From: Chlamydiales bacterium | GTDB lineage: Bacteria > Chlamydiota > Chlamydiia > Chlamydiales > SM23-39 | DNA length: 64,000 bases | NCBI GenBank assembly: GCA_030681135.1 | Contig: JAUXXF010000019.1 | Location: 16,578-80,577, forward strand | Direction of reading: 5' to 3' | In this document: piece by piece, positions 35,392 to 45,311 of the stretch | Numbering within the stretch: the stretch's first letter is position 1 | Layout of the letters: each line of letters starts with the position of its first letter | Notes under the pieces: generated by a model | What the model was told of the DNA's origin: nothing | The model's input: the letters and a program-made list of their open reading frames with translations, nothing else | Databases searched by the model: none | Program-made: the position numbers and the translations under genes

Positions 35392-38258
35392 TTAGGCTTA
35401 GCAGGCTGTTTTGCTGAACGGGTGTGTTCTTCTGGAGGCCTTGGCATCATTTCGAAGCGGAAAAGATCGGTTGTAATTTTTTCTCGAAGCTGTAGAGAAA
35501 ATGCTTCGAACAGGGCAAAAGATTCATGTTTGAATTCAACAAGGGGATCTTTTTGTCCTACACTGCGCATATGGACATCGGAGCGAAGGTGGTCGATGGC
35601 GAGTAGGTGCTCTTGCCAGAGTTGATCGATTCTTCTGGTCATGAGATTTCGGATAATCTCTTGTAAAAGACCTTGTGTTTTTTCTGCATCTGTCAAGTCG
35701 GGACGTACTATGGAGAGAATTTGTGTTTGTCTTTTTAGTTTGAGCTCGAAAGCATTTAAGATAAGAGACGACGCCATTGTCGCGGGATCATCAGATGCGT
35801 TATCGAAGAATGTTTCCTCAAAATGGACTGGAAAATGAGCCATAAGGGCTTCTCTATAGGCTAGCCAGCCAGATTTTTCAGCGGGACGATCAGAGAAAAT
35901 GGGGGTTGCTAGCTGAGCGCATACAGCTCGTAGTAAGTCTTCTGCAAACTCTGTGACGTTTGCTGTAGAAAGGAGATCATTTCGAAATTCATACACTTCT
36001 TTCCGCTGTTTATTCATCACATCGTCATATTCGAGCGTATGTTTTCGGATGGTATAATTACGCTGTTCTACTCGTTTTTGTGCTGTTTCAATGGACTGAT
36101 TGAGGATTTTAGCAGAGATGGCCTCTCCTTCTGGAGGGCGGAACCTTTGGAGCAATGCTGTCATTCGAGGAGAAGCAAAAAGACGCATGAGAGCATCTTC
36201 AAAAGAGACAAAAAATTTGGAAGATCCTGGGTCTCCAAGACGTCCGGATCTACCTCGAAGCTGTCTGTCGATTCGGCGTGATTGATGTCTTGTTGTGGCA
36301 ATGACGTGAAGCCCCCCGAGCTCAGCTACGCCGGCCTTAAGCTTAATGTCAGTGCCTCGCCCTGCCATATTTGTAGCGAGTGTAATGGCCCCAACTTGCC
36401 CGGCTTCCGCAATGATCTGCGCTTCTTTTTCGTGATTTTTAGCGTTAAGGATCGTATGTTCAAGCTTATTTTGTTTCAAAATGCGAGAGAGCTTTTCAGA
36501 GACTTCGACCGATTCAGTGCCGATCAAAATAGGTCTGCCTTGAGCATGGACAGTCTGGATCTCTTTTACAAGGGCATTGTACTTTTCTCTTTCAGTCATG
36601 TAAATTTCATCATCGGCATCTTTTCTTCTGCACGCTCGATGGGTTGGAATTTCTAGAACTTCTAGTTTGTAGATTTCTTTAAATTCATTCGCCTCTGTAA
36701 TCGCAGTCCCTGTCATCCCTGCAAGTTTTTCGTACATGCGGAAATAATTTTGGAGGGTGATTGTCGCATAGGTTTGCGTCTCCCCCTGGATATCGACGTT
36801 TTCTTTGGCTTCAATCGCTTGGTGGAGTCCATCGGAAAAACGGCGTCCTGGCTGCGGTCTTCCTGTGTTCTCATCGATAATGACGATTTTTCCTTCATGG
36901 ACGATGTAGTCGATGTCTTTTTCCATGAGAAGCTGCGCCCGGAGCATCTGCCTTAAGTTGTGGGAGCGCTCTTTTCGTTTTGCGTCTTCTTCTCTCAGTT
37001 GGATTTTAGCTTGCATTTTTGCTTCGTCGGAGAGATCTGAATTTTGATCGATGGTTGCATATTCATGGCCAAGATCGAGCATGACAAAATCAGTCGATTC
37101 TTGTTCTCCTTTCGATTCGCTCCAGTTTGCGATGCCTTTGTCGGTCAGCTCGTATTCGTTGTTCCTCTCATCGACGATCATGTAGAGATCGGCCAAGTTC
37201 TTTGCCTTTTCTTCCTTATTCGCTTCCCCAAAGAAATAAGTCTCCCAATTGTCAATGGCTGCGCGCATATCGGGGTTTTCTTTGATCCTCTTTAGGATTT
37301 TGTTACGAGGGGTCCCTTTGCTAACGACCCATAATTTTTTAAAGGCTTCGTTTCTTTTGGCCAGCTCTTCTTTCGAGAGTTTTTTTTGTTTGGTTTCTTC
37401 TTCGTCGATCAGTCCCAACGATTCAAGGGCTTTTTTTGCCTCTGTTGCATAGTGATTGCATAAGTCTCTTTGTCTTTTGACAAGCGCTGCCACGTCATCT
37501 TGCAGCTCGTCGTACATTTGACGGTTTTCTCCAATGGGGCCTGAGATAATAAGCGGCGTTCTAGCTTCATCGATGAGGATGGAATCAACCTCGTCTACGA
37601 TCGCAAAGAAATGTCCTCGCTGCACTTGTTCATTCTTATGCATAGCCATCGAATTATCGCGAAGATAATCAAAGCCAAATTCTGAAGCCGTTCCGTAAAC
37701 AATGTCGGATTGATAAATGGCTTTACGCTTAAAAGAGGGGACGTCGTTTGTTAATGCCTCTACGGTAAGACCGAGTTTGCGGAAAATAGAGCCGATCCAC
37801 TCGCAGTCGCGTCTTGCCAAATAATCATTGACCGTCACGAGATGGACAGCTTTCCCAGATAAAGCATAAAGGAAAAGTGGTAGGGATGCTGTGAGTGTTT
37901 TTCCTTCTCCAGTTTGCATTTCAGCAATAGAGCCGTAAAACATGGAGATGGCCCCGAGGATCTGTACGTCATAAGGAACCATGTCCCAATTTTGGCTGTA
38001 ACCAGAGACGTGTACCTCAGTCCCGCAAAGTCTGCGGCAGGCATTTTTTACAAGAGCGAAGGCTTCGGGAAGAAGTGATTCGAGGGTCTCGCCATTGACA
38101 AGTCTTTCTTTGAATTCTGGGGTCTTTTTAGCGAACTCTTCATCACTTAATTGCTGATAAGACTCTTCCCATTTGTTCACTTCAGGAACAAGGCGTGCGT
38201 ATTTCTTGAGGCGTCTGGATTGAGCTGTGCCAAAAATTTTCTTTAAAAGGCCGAACAT
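35373..38258 (-). CDS. secA: preprotein translocase ATPase SecA
   Basis: EMQTGEGKTL, VTVNDYLARRD, VDEVDSILIDEARTPLIISG, ATNMAGRGTDI, QLRGRSGRLGDPG. Confidence 0.99.
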   Translation of the reverse strand: MFGLLKKIFGTAQSRRLKKYARLVPEVNKWEESYQQLSDEEFAKKTPEFKERLVNGETLESLLPEAFALVKNACRRLCGTEVHVSGYSQNWDMVPYDVQILGAISMFYGSIAEMQTGEGKTLTASLPLFLYALSGKAVHLVTVNDYLARRDCEWIGSIFRKLGLTVEALTNDVPSFKRKAIYQSDIVYGTASEFGFDYLRDNSMAMHKNEQVQRGHFFAIVDEVDSILIDEARTPLIISGPIGENRQMYDELQDDVAALVKRQRDLCNHYATEAKKALESLGLIDEEETKQKKLSKEELAKRNEAFKKLWVVSKGTPRNKILKRIKENPDMRAAIDNWETYFFGEANKEEKAKNLADLYMIVDERNNEYELTDKGIANWSESKGEQESTDFVMLDLGHEYATIDQNSDLSDEAKMQAKIQLREEDAKRKERSHNLRQMLRAQLLMEKDIDYIVHEGKIVIIDENTGRPQPGRRFSDGLHQAIEAKENVDIQGETQTYATITLQNYFRMYEKLAGMTGTAITEANEFKEIYKLEVLEIPTHRACRRKDADDEIYMTEREKYNALVKEIQTVHAQGRPILIGTESVEVSEKLSRILKQNKLEHTILNAKNHEKEAQIIAEAGQVGAITLATNMAGRGTDIKLKAGVAELGGLHVIATTRHQSRRIDRQLRGRSGRLGDPGSSKFFVSFEDALMRLFASPRMTALLQRFRPPEGEAISAKILNQSIETAQKRVEQRNYTIRKHTLEYDDVMNKQRKEVYEFRNDLLSTANVTEFAEDLLRAVCAQLATPIFSDRPAEKSGWLAYREALMAHFPVHFEETFFDNASDDPATMASSLILNAFELKLKRQTQILSIVRPDLTDAEKTQGLLQEIIRNLMTRRIDQLWQEHLLAIDHLRSDVHMRSVGQKDPLVEFKHESFALFEAFSLQLREKITTDLFRFEMMPRPPEEHTRSAKQPAKPKSLLLN

Positions 38259-38419
38259 GGTTGAGTTTATCCCGTGTGAATTTGAAAAAATTCTACTAGA
38301 AATATCCTTTTTTTACAAGTGGTTGATGATCATTTAAGCATATTAATAATTTAATTGTATGATGAATTGAAAAAAATCGTTTTAGTCTTTATCATTTTGA
38401 GCAATGAACCTAGGTCCGT

Positions 38420-39325
38420 ATGGAAGAAATTTGTTATATAGAACGCTCTACTGACAAGGAGTGTGTTGAAAAAGTCTATGGAGAGGCGGCTTTGCGCCTT
38501 GTTTATGGGGAAGGATGGGCCTCTTGGGCGTTTTCCAAGCTATTTCGTTCTTTTCTGGCCTCCTGCTTTTCCAGGGTGTATGGGTGGGTTCAAAAGACCT
38601 CAAGAAGCCGCAAAAAGGTCCGCCCCTTTATTGACGCCTACGGGGTCGATGAGAGGGAGTTTTTGGATCCTGTCGAATCCTTCGGCTCTTTCAACGATTT
38701 TTTCATCCGCAAACTAAAGCCTGAATGTCGTCCGATTGTTTCTGATAAAAATAGAGCCATTTTGCCTGCCGACGGCCGCTATTTGGTGTATCCTGATGTG
38801 AGCAAAGCGCCAGGTTTTTTTGTGAAGGGACAGTCGTTTTCTCTCTCTAGTTTTTTAGCCAATCCTGTTTTATCGAGACGTTTTGCTGACGCATCGATGG
38901 TCATCGCGAGACTTTGTCCTACCGATTATCATCGCTTCCATTTTCCTTGCGATGGAGAGCCCACCAAACCTTGCTTGATTCAAGGATCTCTTTTCTCGGT
39001 GAATCCTCTAGCTCTTAGCAAGCGGCTCTCGATTCTTTGGGAAAATAAGCGTTTTTTAACAGAGCTCGATTCACCTGAATTCGGCACTGTGTTGTACATC
39101 GAGGTAGGAGCTACGGCGGTAGGCTCTGTCCATCAAACGTATTTGCCTAGTAGTTTTGTGAAGAAAGGAGACGAAAAAGGATACTTTTCTTTCGGGGGCT
39201 CCTGCATTGTTCTGCTCTTTGAAAGAGGGCGTATCCATTTCGATGAGGATCTCGTGAACAATTCTGCTCGCTTTATCGAAACACGAGCAAATTTTGGAGA
39301 GTCTTTGGGAGTTTCTGCTCGTTGA
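38420..39325 (+). CDS. psd: phosphatidylserine decarboxylase proenzyme
   Basis: FNDFFIRKLK, PADGR, RLCPTDYHRFHFP, EKGYFSFGGS. Confidence 0.96.
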   Translation: MEEICYIERSTDKECVEKVYGEAALRLVYGEGWASWAFSKLFRSFLASCFSRVYGWVQKTSRSRKKVRPFIDAYGVDEREFLDPVESFGSFNDFFIRKLKPECRPIVSDKNRAILPADGRYLVYPDVSKAPGFFVKGQSFSLSSFLANPVLSRRFADASMVIARLCPTDYHRFHFPCDGEPTKPCLIQGSLFSVNPLALSKRLSILWENKRFLTELDSPEFGTVLYIEVGATAVGSVHQTYLPSSFVKKGDEKGYFSFGGSCIVLLFERGRIHFDEDLVNNSARFIETRANFGESLGVSAR

Positions 39326-39473
39326 TGAGTTAAGATTGTAGGGTTGGTCTTCTTTTTGGTCATGCTCTGCAGATATCTGAATCGAAGGTTAAAACCCTAG
39401 AAGAACCTGAAGGCGAATGGGGAATTGCCGATCTATTTCGAGAGCGGGAAGATCTAGCGGCTACCAATTAAAT

Positions 39474-40310
39474 TTAACGAGCCCCTGCTTTACTCAATCC
39501 TTTTGGTTTGCACTCTGGAAAGAGGAAGTTGAAGCCAATTTTGACAGTGAAGTGGGGCTGAAATTCTGCGTGGGTTTTATAAACGACCCACTCTGTTTCC
39601 ATAAACGCATTGATCGGCACTCCTTTAATAGTGGCGACTTTTCCGATGCCGATGTTCACAGGAATTTGTATCATGTGGGGATTCCACTGAAATGTCATTT
39701 GGGCATTTGAAATCAGATACCAGTTGCCGGAGAAGTGGACCGTGACCAGAGGCTGCAAAAATAACGAGACCACATTCGGAAAAGAGGAGTTTCCTATGCC
39801 GCAAGACCAGGGGTTTTGCGCAAGAAGGCCGAATTGCCAATGAGGAACGCAAAGAAGCACCGCTGCAAAAGCAGGTCCTAGCTGCCATTTACCCTGTCCC
39901 AGTTTTTTTTGATTGGTGGCTGTCGGTAAGATGGCTATGGGACCGAATCCAATACGGCCCCATGCAGGAAGATCGTAAAGGAACAAATCTAAAAATTGCG
40001 TGTCTCCAACTCCTGTGACATGACGCGGAATTTTAGGGGTCGTCTTGACAAAGACGCTGACCCGGATAAGCTGTTCGAAGGGGATGGAGCGAGTTTTTTT
40101 TATAGGCACAACTGGGCGCGCGACGAATGTGTTCGCATAACTATCTACGCCCCATGAAGTATAATGAAACCAGTCTTCAAGCTGCAGCTGCAAAAGAGGC
40201 GCTGTGAAATCGGTCGCTTGCTCTGCTAAACTTTCTGACAGCGGATAATTGATCTCCCCAAAGGCCATCGAAGAGACTGCAGTCAAGAGAAATAAAGAAT
40301 ATCTTTTCAT
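39474..40310 (-). CDS. putative outer-membrane beta-barrel protein
   Basis: Signal peptide; GVGDT, GFGPIAILPTAT...LGQGKWQLGPA, LFLQP, IPVNIGIGK amphipathic strands. Confidence 0.7.
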   Translation of the reverse strand: MKRYSLFLLTAVSSMAFGEINYPLSESLAEQATDFTAPLLQLQLEDWFHYTSWGVDSYANTFVARPVVPIKKTRSIPFEQLIRVSVFVKTTPKIPRHVTGVGDTQFLDLFLYDLPAWGRIGFGPIAILPTATNQKKLGQGKWQLGPAFAAVLLCVPHWQFGLLAQNPWSCGIGNSSFPNVVSLFLQPLVTVHFSGNWYLISNAQMTFQWNPHMIQIPVNIGIGKVATIKGVPINAFMETEWVVYKTHAEFQPHFTVKIGFNFLFPECKPKGLSKAGAR

Positions 40311-40366
40311 AAGTACCTATTTCAGTATATATGAACATTTACAGGGATAAATTCAAGAGGTGATTC

Positions 40367-40741
40367 ATGAAGGTTAAATTCTTAGGAAGTTTGATGATGC
40401 TCATAGGATTTTGCTATGCAGCTCCAGAGCAGCTTACGTTTGATCAATTGCAAACGCTGCTCAATACTCAAGAGCTTGCTGTTGTCGATGTCTATGCAGA
40501 TTGGTGTGGGCCTTGCCAGCAGTTTGGTCCTATTTTTGAGAGAACAAGCGAACGTTTTGAGGGTCAGTATCGATTTTTTAAGGTAAATGGTGATAAAGAA
40601 CAGAAACTAACGAACTATTTTCGAATAGAGGGATACCCGACTGTGATTTATTATAAAAAAGGGAAGGAAATTGGAAGGTTTTTAGGATTCATGGACGAGG
40701 CTGAATTTAACTCTCAATTGAAAGAATTTTCGAGCAAATAG
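40367..40741 (+). CDS. exported thioredoxin
   Basis: Signal peptide; DVYADWCGPC; GYPT cis-Pro loop. Confidence 0.92.
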   Translation: MKVKFLGSLMMLIGFCYAAPEQLTFDQLQTLLNTQELAVVDVYADWCGPCQQFGPIFERTSERFEGQYRFFKVNGDKEQKLTNYFRIEGYPTVIYYKKGKEIGRFLGFMDEAEFNSQLKEFSSK

Positions 40742-41333
40742 GACATGTTGCGCTGCTGTGCTTCACAGCAGGGCAGTATTTCCTTGCAAAGTAGATGATC
40801 TGCAAATGACGCAGCTTCCAGAGTTTTTTAGGGAATAGTTGTTTGAGATCTTTTTCTGTTTGTTGGACCGTTTTTCCCTCGCTTAATCCCCATCGTTTTG
40901 CGCAGCGGTGGATATGGGTGTCGACAGGGAAAGCGGGCTTCCCAAACACTTGAGTCAAGACGACAGAGGCCGTTTTATGACCAACTCCTGGAAGCGTTTC
41001 TAGGCTTTTGAGGGTTTTGGGAACTTGTCCTCGGTAGCGATTGATGAGTTCATGGGATAGCTGCCAAATCGCACGCGATTTGGTAGGTCCAAGACCGCAA
41101 GGGCGGATCATCTCCTCAATTTCTTGAGGAGTTAACAAAATCATCTCTTGAGGTGTAGAGGCTTTCGCAAACAGGTGGTTTGTCACTTGATTGACCCTTG
41201 CATCTGTGCACTGTGCAGAGAGCAGGACTGCAATCAGAAGTGTATAGGCATCTGTATGCTGCAAGGGGATTGGAGGGTTGGGAAAGAGATCATCGAGAAT
41301 CTCTCCAATAAGATCTGCTCGTTTTTTTCTCAT
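40707..41333 (-). CDS. nth: endonuclease III
   Basis: LIAVLLSAQCTDARVN, LPGVGHKTASVV, FPVDTHIHR. Confidence 0.96.
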   Translation of the reverse strand: MRKKRADLIGEILDDLFPNPPIPLQHTDAYTLLIAVLLSAQCTDARVNQVTNHLFAKASTPQEMILLTPQEIEEMIRPCGLGPTKSRAIWQLSHELINRYRGQVPKTLKSLETLPGVGHKTASVVLTQVFGKPAFPVDTHIHRCAKRWGLSEGKTVQQTEKDLKQLFPKKLWKLRHLQIIYFARKYCPAVKHSSATCPICSKILSIES

Positions 41334-42706
41334 TTTCCTAAACAAAATTTTGAAAAGATAGCTGTTAAAATCTCTTCTGTCACATTCGAGCCGATAATGG
41401 TTCCGAGTTCATTGAGTCCATGGCGTAGATCGGAGGAGATGAATTCAGGAGAAACGCCGCTTTGCAGTCCTTCGATGACTGTTTGAAAGGCTTTGATGGC
41501 ATGATCCAGCGCTTGAAAATGTCTTTGTTGCGTAATCATGATCTCTTCTTTGTTCGGAGCTCCTTTTTTCCAGATCATTTGGTCGATGGCAGAGCGAAGC
41601 TCTTCAAAGCCTATTTTCGTATGAGCAGATGTATGTACGGTAGATTCCCAGTCAATGGTATCTTGTGGAGGACCTAGATCTATTTTATTCCAAATGACAA
41701 TGGTTTTGTTTTTGGGAGCTTCTTGGAGAAGTTTTTTGTCATTTTCTGCCAACTTTCGGCTTGCATCCAGGATAAGTAAGATGATGTCTGCTTCTTGCAT
41801 GGCCAATTTAGACCTGCGGATTCCTTCTTGTTCGATGATCTCGTCTGTCTCTCGGATGCCTGCCGTGTCGATCAGGCGAAAGTGGAGACCAGACAAGGTC
41901 AGATGGTCTTCTAGAAGGTCTCGGGTAGTTCCTGCAATATCTGTCACAATCGCTCTTTGCTTGCCAAGAAGAGCGTTCATCATCGAGGATTTTCCAACAT
42001 TGGGAGAGCCTAGAAGGCACAAAGAAAGTCCTTCGTGTACAGTTTTCCCTTCATAAAAAGAGTCGCGAAGAGTCGTCATTTTTTGACAGCTCGCCTCCAA
42101 GTCCTTGATGATTTCGTCTAGACTCGTAAATTCAAGGCCTTCTTCAGGGAAATCTACCCAAGCCTCTAAAATGGCTGCGACAGAGGTTAGCTCTTGTTGG
42201 AAGCTCCGAATTTTTTCAGATAAAGCTCCTTGGAGTTGCTGCTCGGCTGCTTGTAGGGCAAGCTCATTTTTAGCCGCGATGAGCTGTTGGACCGCCTCTG
42301 CTTGAGCCAAATCGAGCTTTCCATTCATAAAAGCCTGCAAAGAAAATTCTCCAGGTTGGGCGGCCCGCGCTCCCGCCTGCAAGATTCTAGCTAAAACTCT
42401 TCTCGAGACGATTGAACCGCCGTGACAATGAATTTCTATAGTTTCTTCTCCTGTGTAGGATCTAGGAGCTCTCATCACAATAAGGAGAACGCTATCGAGG
42501 ATTGTGCCGCTTTCTTCTAGAATATGGCCAAAGTGGACTGTATGGCTTTTGTAGCTATGCACATTCCCTGAAAATATCCGGTCTGCGATGTTAATCGCCT
42601 CTTTCCCAGAAATGCGGATAACAGCGATCGCCCCTTCCCCAGGCGCTGTGGCAAGGGCTGCGATCGTATCTTCTTTTTGAAAGGATCTATGGTTAAAGTG
42701 ACTCAT
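41330..42706 (-). CDS. mnmE: tRNA modification GTPase
   Basis: DTIAALAT.PGEG, PRSYTGE, GSPNVGKSS, GTTRD, DTAG, NKID, FCLGK. Confidence 0.98.
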   Translation of the reverse strand: MSHFNHRSFQKEDTIAALATAPGEGAIAVIRISGKEAINIADRIFSGNVHSYKSHTVHFGHILEESGTILDSVLLIVMRAPRSYTGEETIEIHCHGGSIVSRRVLARILQAGARAAQPGEFSLQAFMNGKLDLAQAEAVQQLIAAKNELALQAAEQQLQGALSEKIRSFQQELTSVAAILEAWVDFPEEGLEFTSLDEIIKDLEASCQKMTTLRDSFYEGKTVHEGLSLCLLGSPNVGKSSMMNALLGKQRAIVTDIAGTTRDLLEDHLTLSGLHFRLIDTAGIRETDEIIEQEGIRRSKLAMQEADIILLILDASRKLAENDKKLLQEAPKNKTIVIWNKIDLGPPQDTIDWESTVHTSAHTKIGFEELRSAIDQMIWKKGAPNKEEIMITQQRHFQALDHAIKAFQTVIEGLQSGVSPEFISSDLRHGLNELGTIIGSNVTEEILTAIFSKFCLGK

Positions 42707-42785
42707 TGACCAACATTGTAGCAAAGTATAGTCTTAAATTCTATTTCCTCGTATTCTTAGAACCTATTAAGAAGGGATATTTTTT

Positions 42786-43721
42786 ATGCGACCTAGGAGT
42801 CAATTTTTTATTACCATGTTTTGTTGTGGTTTGCTTTCTTCTCCTCTAAGAGCTCAGGAGCAGACGTCCGCTCCTTGGGAAAGTCAGGTTCCTTCCATGA
42901 TGGACTTGCATGCGGGTCTTCAGCTAGCCATGGAGCTTCAAGATTGGTGGTCAGTTGTCGACTACGCGGATGCAATTTGTCGTTATTATCCTGATAGTCC
43001 TTTGAGCCAAGAGGCTGGCTATCAACGAGGAGAGACGTATTTTAAGATGGGGCAGTATGAGCTGGCCAATGTTGCGTTTAGCGAGTATTTAAACCAGCCA
43101 GGTAGCATTAAACATTTTGAAGAAGTCATTCATTATAAATTTACGATTGCAGAGCTTTTTCGAAATGGCGAAAAAATGCATATTTTCGAGTCCCATAAAA
43201 TGCCCAAATGGGCTCCTTCCGAAGAGGCCGCTATCGCTTTGTACGATGAGGTCATTACAACGCTTCCTCATGATGAGATTGCGGCGCAATCCCTATGCGG
43301 CAAGGCAAAATTGCAGGTAGTTCTAGAAGATTTTAAAGACGCGATCGAGTCTTATCAGGGATTAGTCCGCCGTTTTCCTAAACATGATTTAGCAGCTCAA
43401 GCGTATTTGGAGATTAACCAGACTTATTTACAGCAGTGTCAAAGAGAGCACCTGGATTTGGATCTTTTAGATTTAGCTGAGATGAATTTTCGGAAATTTC
43501 AGTTAGCTTTCCCTCGAGAGTCCAGGTTAGAAGCTGCTGAAAAAGCCCTTGTTGAAATGCGACAGATCTATGCGAATAATTTACTTGAGACGGGACGCTA
43601 TTATCAAAAGGTCAAAAAAACTCCAGCAGCTATTATCTATTACCGAAAAGTGGTTGCTAAGTATCCCCATACAAAAGCAGCAGACCAAGCTAAAGAACTG
43701 TTGCAAAAACTAGATGCTTAG
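42786..43721 (+). CDS. TPR outer-membrane assembly factor BamD-like
   Basis: Repeated TPR turns (YPDS, FPKH, FPRE, YPHT); LLETGRYY...AAIIYY. Confidence 0.8.
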   Translation: MRPRSQFFITMFCCGLLSSPLRAQEQTSAPWESQVPSMMDLHAGLQLAMELQDWWSVVDYADAICRYYPDSPLSQEAGYQRGETYFKMGQYELANVAFSEYLNQPGSIKHFEEVIHYKFTIAELFRNGEKMHIFESHKMPKWAPSEEAAIALYDEVITTLPHDEIAAQSLCGKAKLQVVLEDFKDAIESYQGLVRRFPKHDLAAQAYLEINQTYLQQCQREHLDLDLLDLAEMNFRKFQLAFPRESRLEAAEKALVEMRQIYANNLLETGRYYQKVKKTPAAIIYYRKVVAKYPHTKAADQAKELLQKLDA

Positions 43722-44343
43722 AGAGGAAATTGCAACCCCCTTTAGAATCCTTTGGCTTTTGCTATTAAGCGGTTGTGGCTATCATTGGCAAGAGCCGTCC
43801 CTTTTAGGACATCGTCCTTCCATCAATGTTTCGTTTATTACAGGCGATGAAGATGGGCTGTTCACTCACGAACTTGTTCAAGCAATTACAGCTTCAGGCG
43901 TTGCCGATGTCTCTTTAAGAGAAGGGGACTATCGGTTAAATGTATCGATTGTTCGCACGGCAGGGGAGAGAACGGGATTTCGTAAAGATAAACAAAAAGT
44001 TGATGGCAAAATTAAGCGGTATATGGTGGCTTGCGAAGCTAGAAAAATTGTCGCTGTTGAAGCTGTTTTATGTGCACCAGGAACAGATGAGGTGATATTT
44101 GGCCCTTATCAGATTGAGGCCGATGTCGATTTTGATTGTATAGATCAAGATTCTTATAAAGATCTAACCTTTGTCAATCCTCAAGGAGTCACCCAAGCAG
44201 TTCTCCCTTTTTCTTTAGGGCAGTTAGAGCCTTATGAGGCAGCACAAAATGCAGCTGCTCGATCCTTATATGCTCAGCTTGCACAAAAAATTGTCGATGT
44301 GATTATCTATCAACAGAACCTTAGTTATTCAAGAGATCTGTGA
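43714..44343 (+). CDS. LptE-like lipoprotein
   Basis: LLLSGCGYH lipobox and C-terminal LAQKIV helix; follows bamD-like gene. Confidence 0.7.
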   Translation: MLREEIATPFRILWLLLLSGCGYHWQEPSLLGHRPSINVSFITGDEDGLFTHELVQAITASGVADVSLREGDYRLNVSIVRTAGERTGFRKDKQKVDGKIKRYMVACEARKIVAVEAVLCAPGTDEVIFGPYQIEADVDFDCIDQDSYKDLTFVNPQGVTQAVLPFSLGQLEPYEAAQNAAARSLYAQLAQKIVDVIIYQQNLSYSRDL

Positions 44344-44352
44344 CAGGCTTGT

Positions 44353-44772
44353 TTGAACAGACATAAAATTTTTCACGCTCAAATTGATCTGCTCCCCTCT
44401 ATCCTTGGATGGATTCGGGAGATATTGGTCGAAGCCGGAGCGAAGCTCCCGCTAATAGGCCATGTAGAGCTAGCGCTCGAAGAGGCTCTCGTAAATATTA
44501 TTCATCATGCCTATAAGGATAAACCAGGGGATATTGAGATACAAATTCTCTCTGCTCCCAGTCAAGCAATCACGATCATTCTAAAAGATCAAGGCCCTCC
44601 CTTTAATCCCTTAACAGTAGATTACACGCCCCCAGACCCTTCTCTTCCTTTGGAAGAGCTGCAAGAAGGGGGATTAGGGGTGTTTTTTATGAGGCAATAT
44701 CTAGACAACATCGTCTACAAAAGAGAGGCCTCTTACAATGTTTTGACTCTTACCAAAAACTTTTCTCACTGA
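44353..44772 (+). CDS. rsbW: anti-sigma factor Ser kinase RsbW
   Basis: LALEEALVNIIHHAY, DQGPPFNP, GGLGVFFM. Confidence 0.88.
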   Translation: MNRHKIFHAQIDLLPSILGWIREILVEAGAKLPLIGHVELALEEALVNIIHHAYKDKPGDIEIQILSAPSQAITIILKDQGPPFNPLTVDYTPPDPSLPLEELQEGGLGVFFMRQYLDNIVYKREASYNVLTLTKNFSH

Positions 44773-45197
44773 TTTTTTTCTATGGACGTAAGAGTCTCTT
44801 CCGTTTCTAACATGTCGACCAGGAAATATTGGAGCACTTTTAAAACATAGCGTGGCGTATTGTAGACACCTTCTGTTGTAAATACAATCTCGAGGTGAGC
44901 TTCTTTAGGCAGACTGAGTGCAATTAACACATAGGTTACGGGGATTTCTCGGTCCATTTTAGGAACAATCCAGATCACAAATTGTTCATTGAATAAAGTG
45001 ACTTTTTCAGGAGATTCTAGAACATGGAAATATTGTGTAAGATCTTCAGGACCTTCAATATCATGCTGCATAGAGGCTAAAAGCCCTAATTCATGCAAAA
45101 TCTGAAGATCGATGTGCAATACTCCGTCATGAGCCCAGTTATTCAGATTACTCATGAATTGCTGATAACTTTCCTCCATCTGCGTAGGATCTAGCAT
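44766..45197 (-). CDS. conserved chlamydial hypothetical protein
   Basis: Located between rsbW and dac as in other chlamydiae; FHVLES.EKVTLFNEQF.IWIVP. Confidence 0.75.
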   Translation of the reverse strand: MLDPTQMEESYQQFMSNLNNWAHDGVLHIDLQILHELGLLASMQHDIEGPEDLTQYFHVLESPEKVTLFNEQFVIWIVPKMDREIPVTYVLIALSLPKEAHLEIVFTTEGVYNTPRYVLKVLQYFLVDMLETEETLTSIEKNQ

Positions 45198-45311
45198 ACG
45201 AGCCCCCTTCAACATACCGTGTCCTCATTGTATGTACTTTTTTAACATGTGTCAAGAGATATGCCCTAAAATGATGCAAATAGTTTATTCTTTAAGAACT
45301 TGGGAGTTTTT

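Noticed and set aside
39326-39470. Short open frame after psd as a gene remnant
   Set aside because: No credible start and no recognisable family.
40707-40780. Nth lacking the canonical four-Cys Fe-S spacing
   Set aside because: The C-x8-CPIC tail matches a variant I recall in other chlamydial Nth proteins, so it is not evidence of decay.
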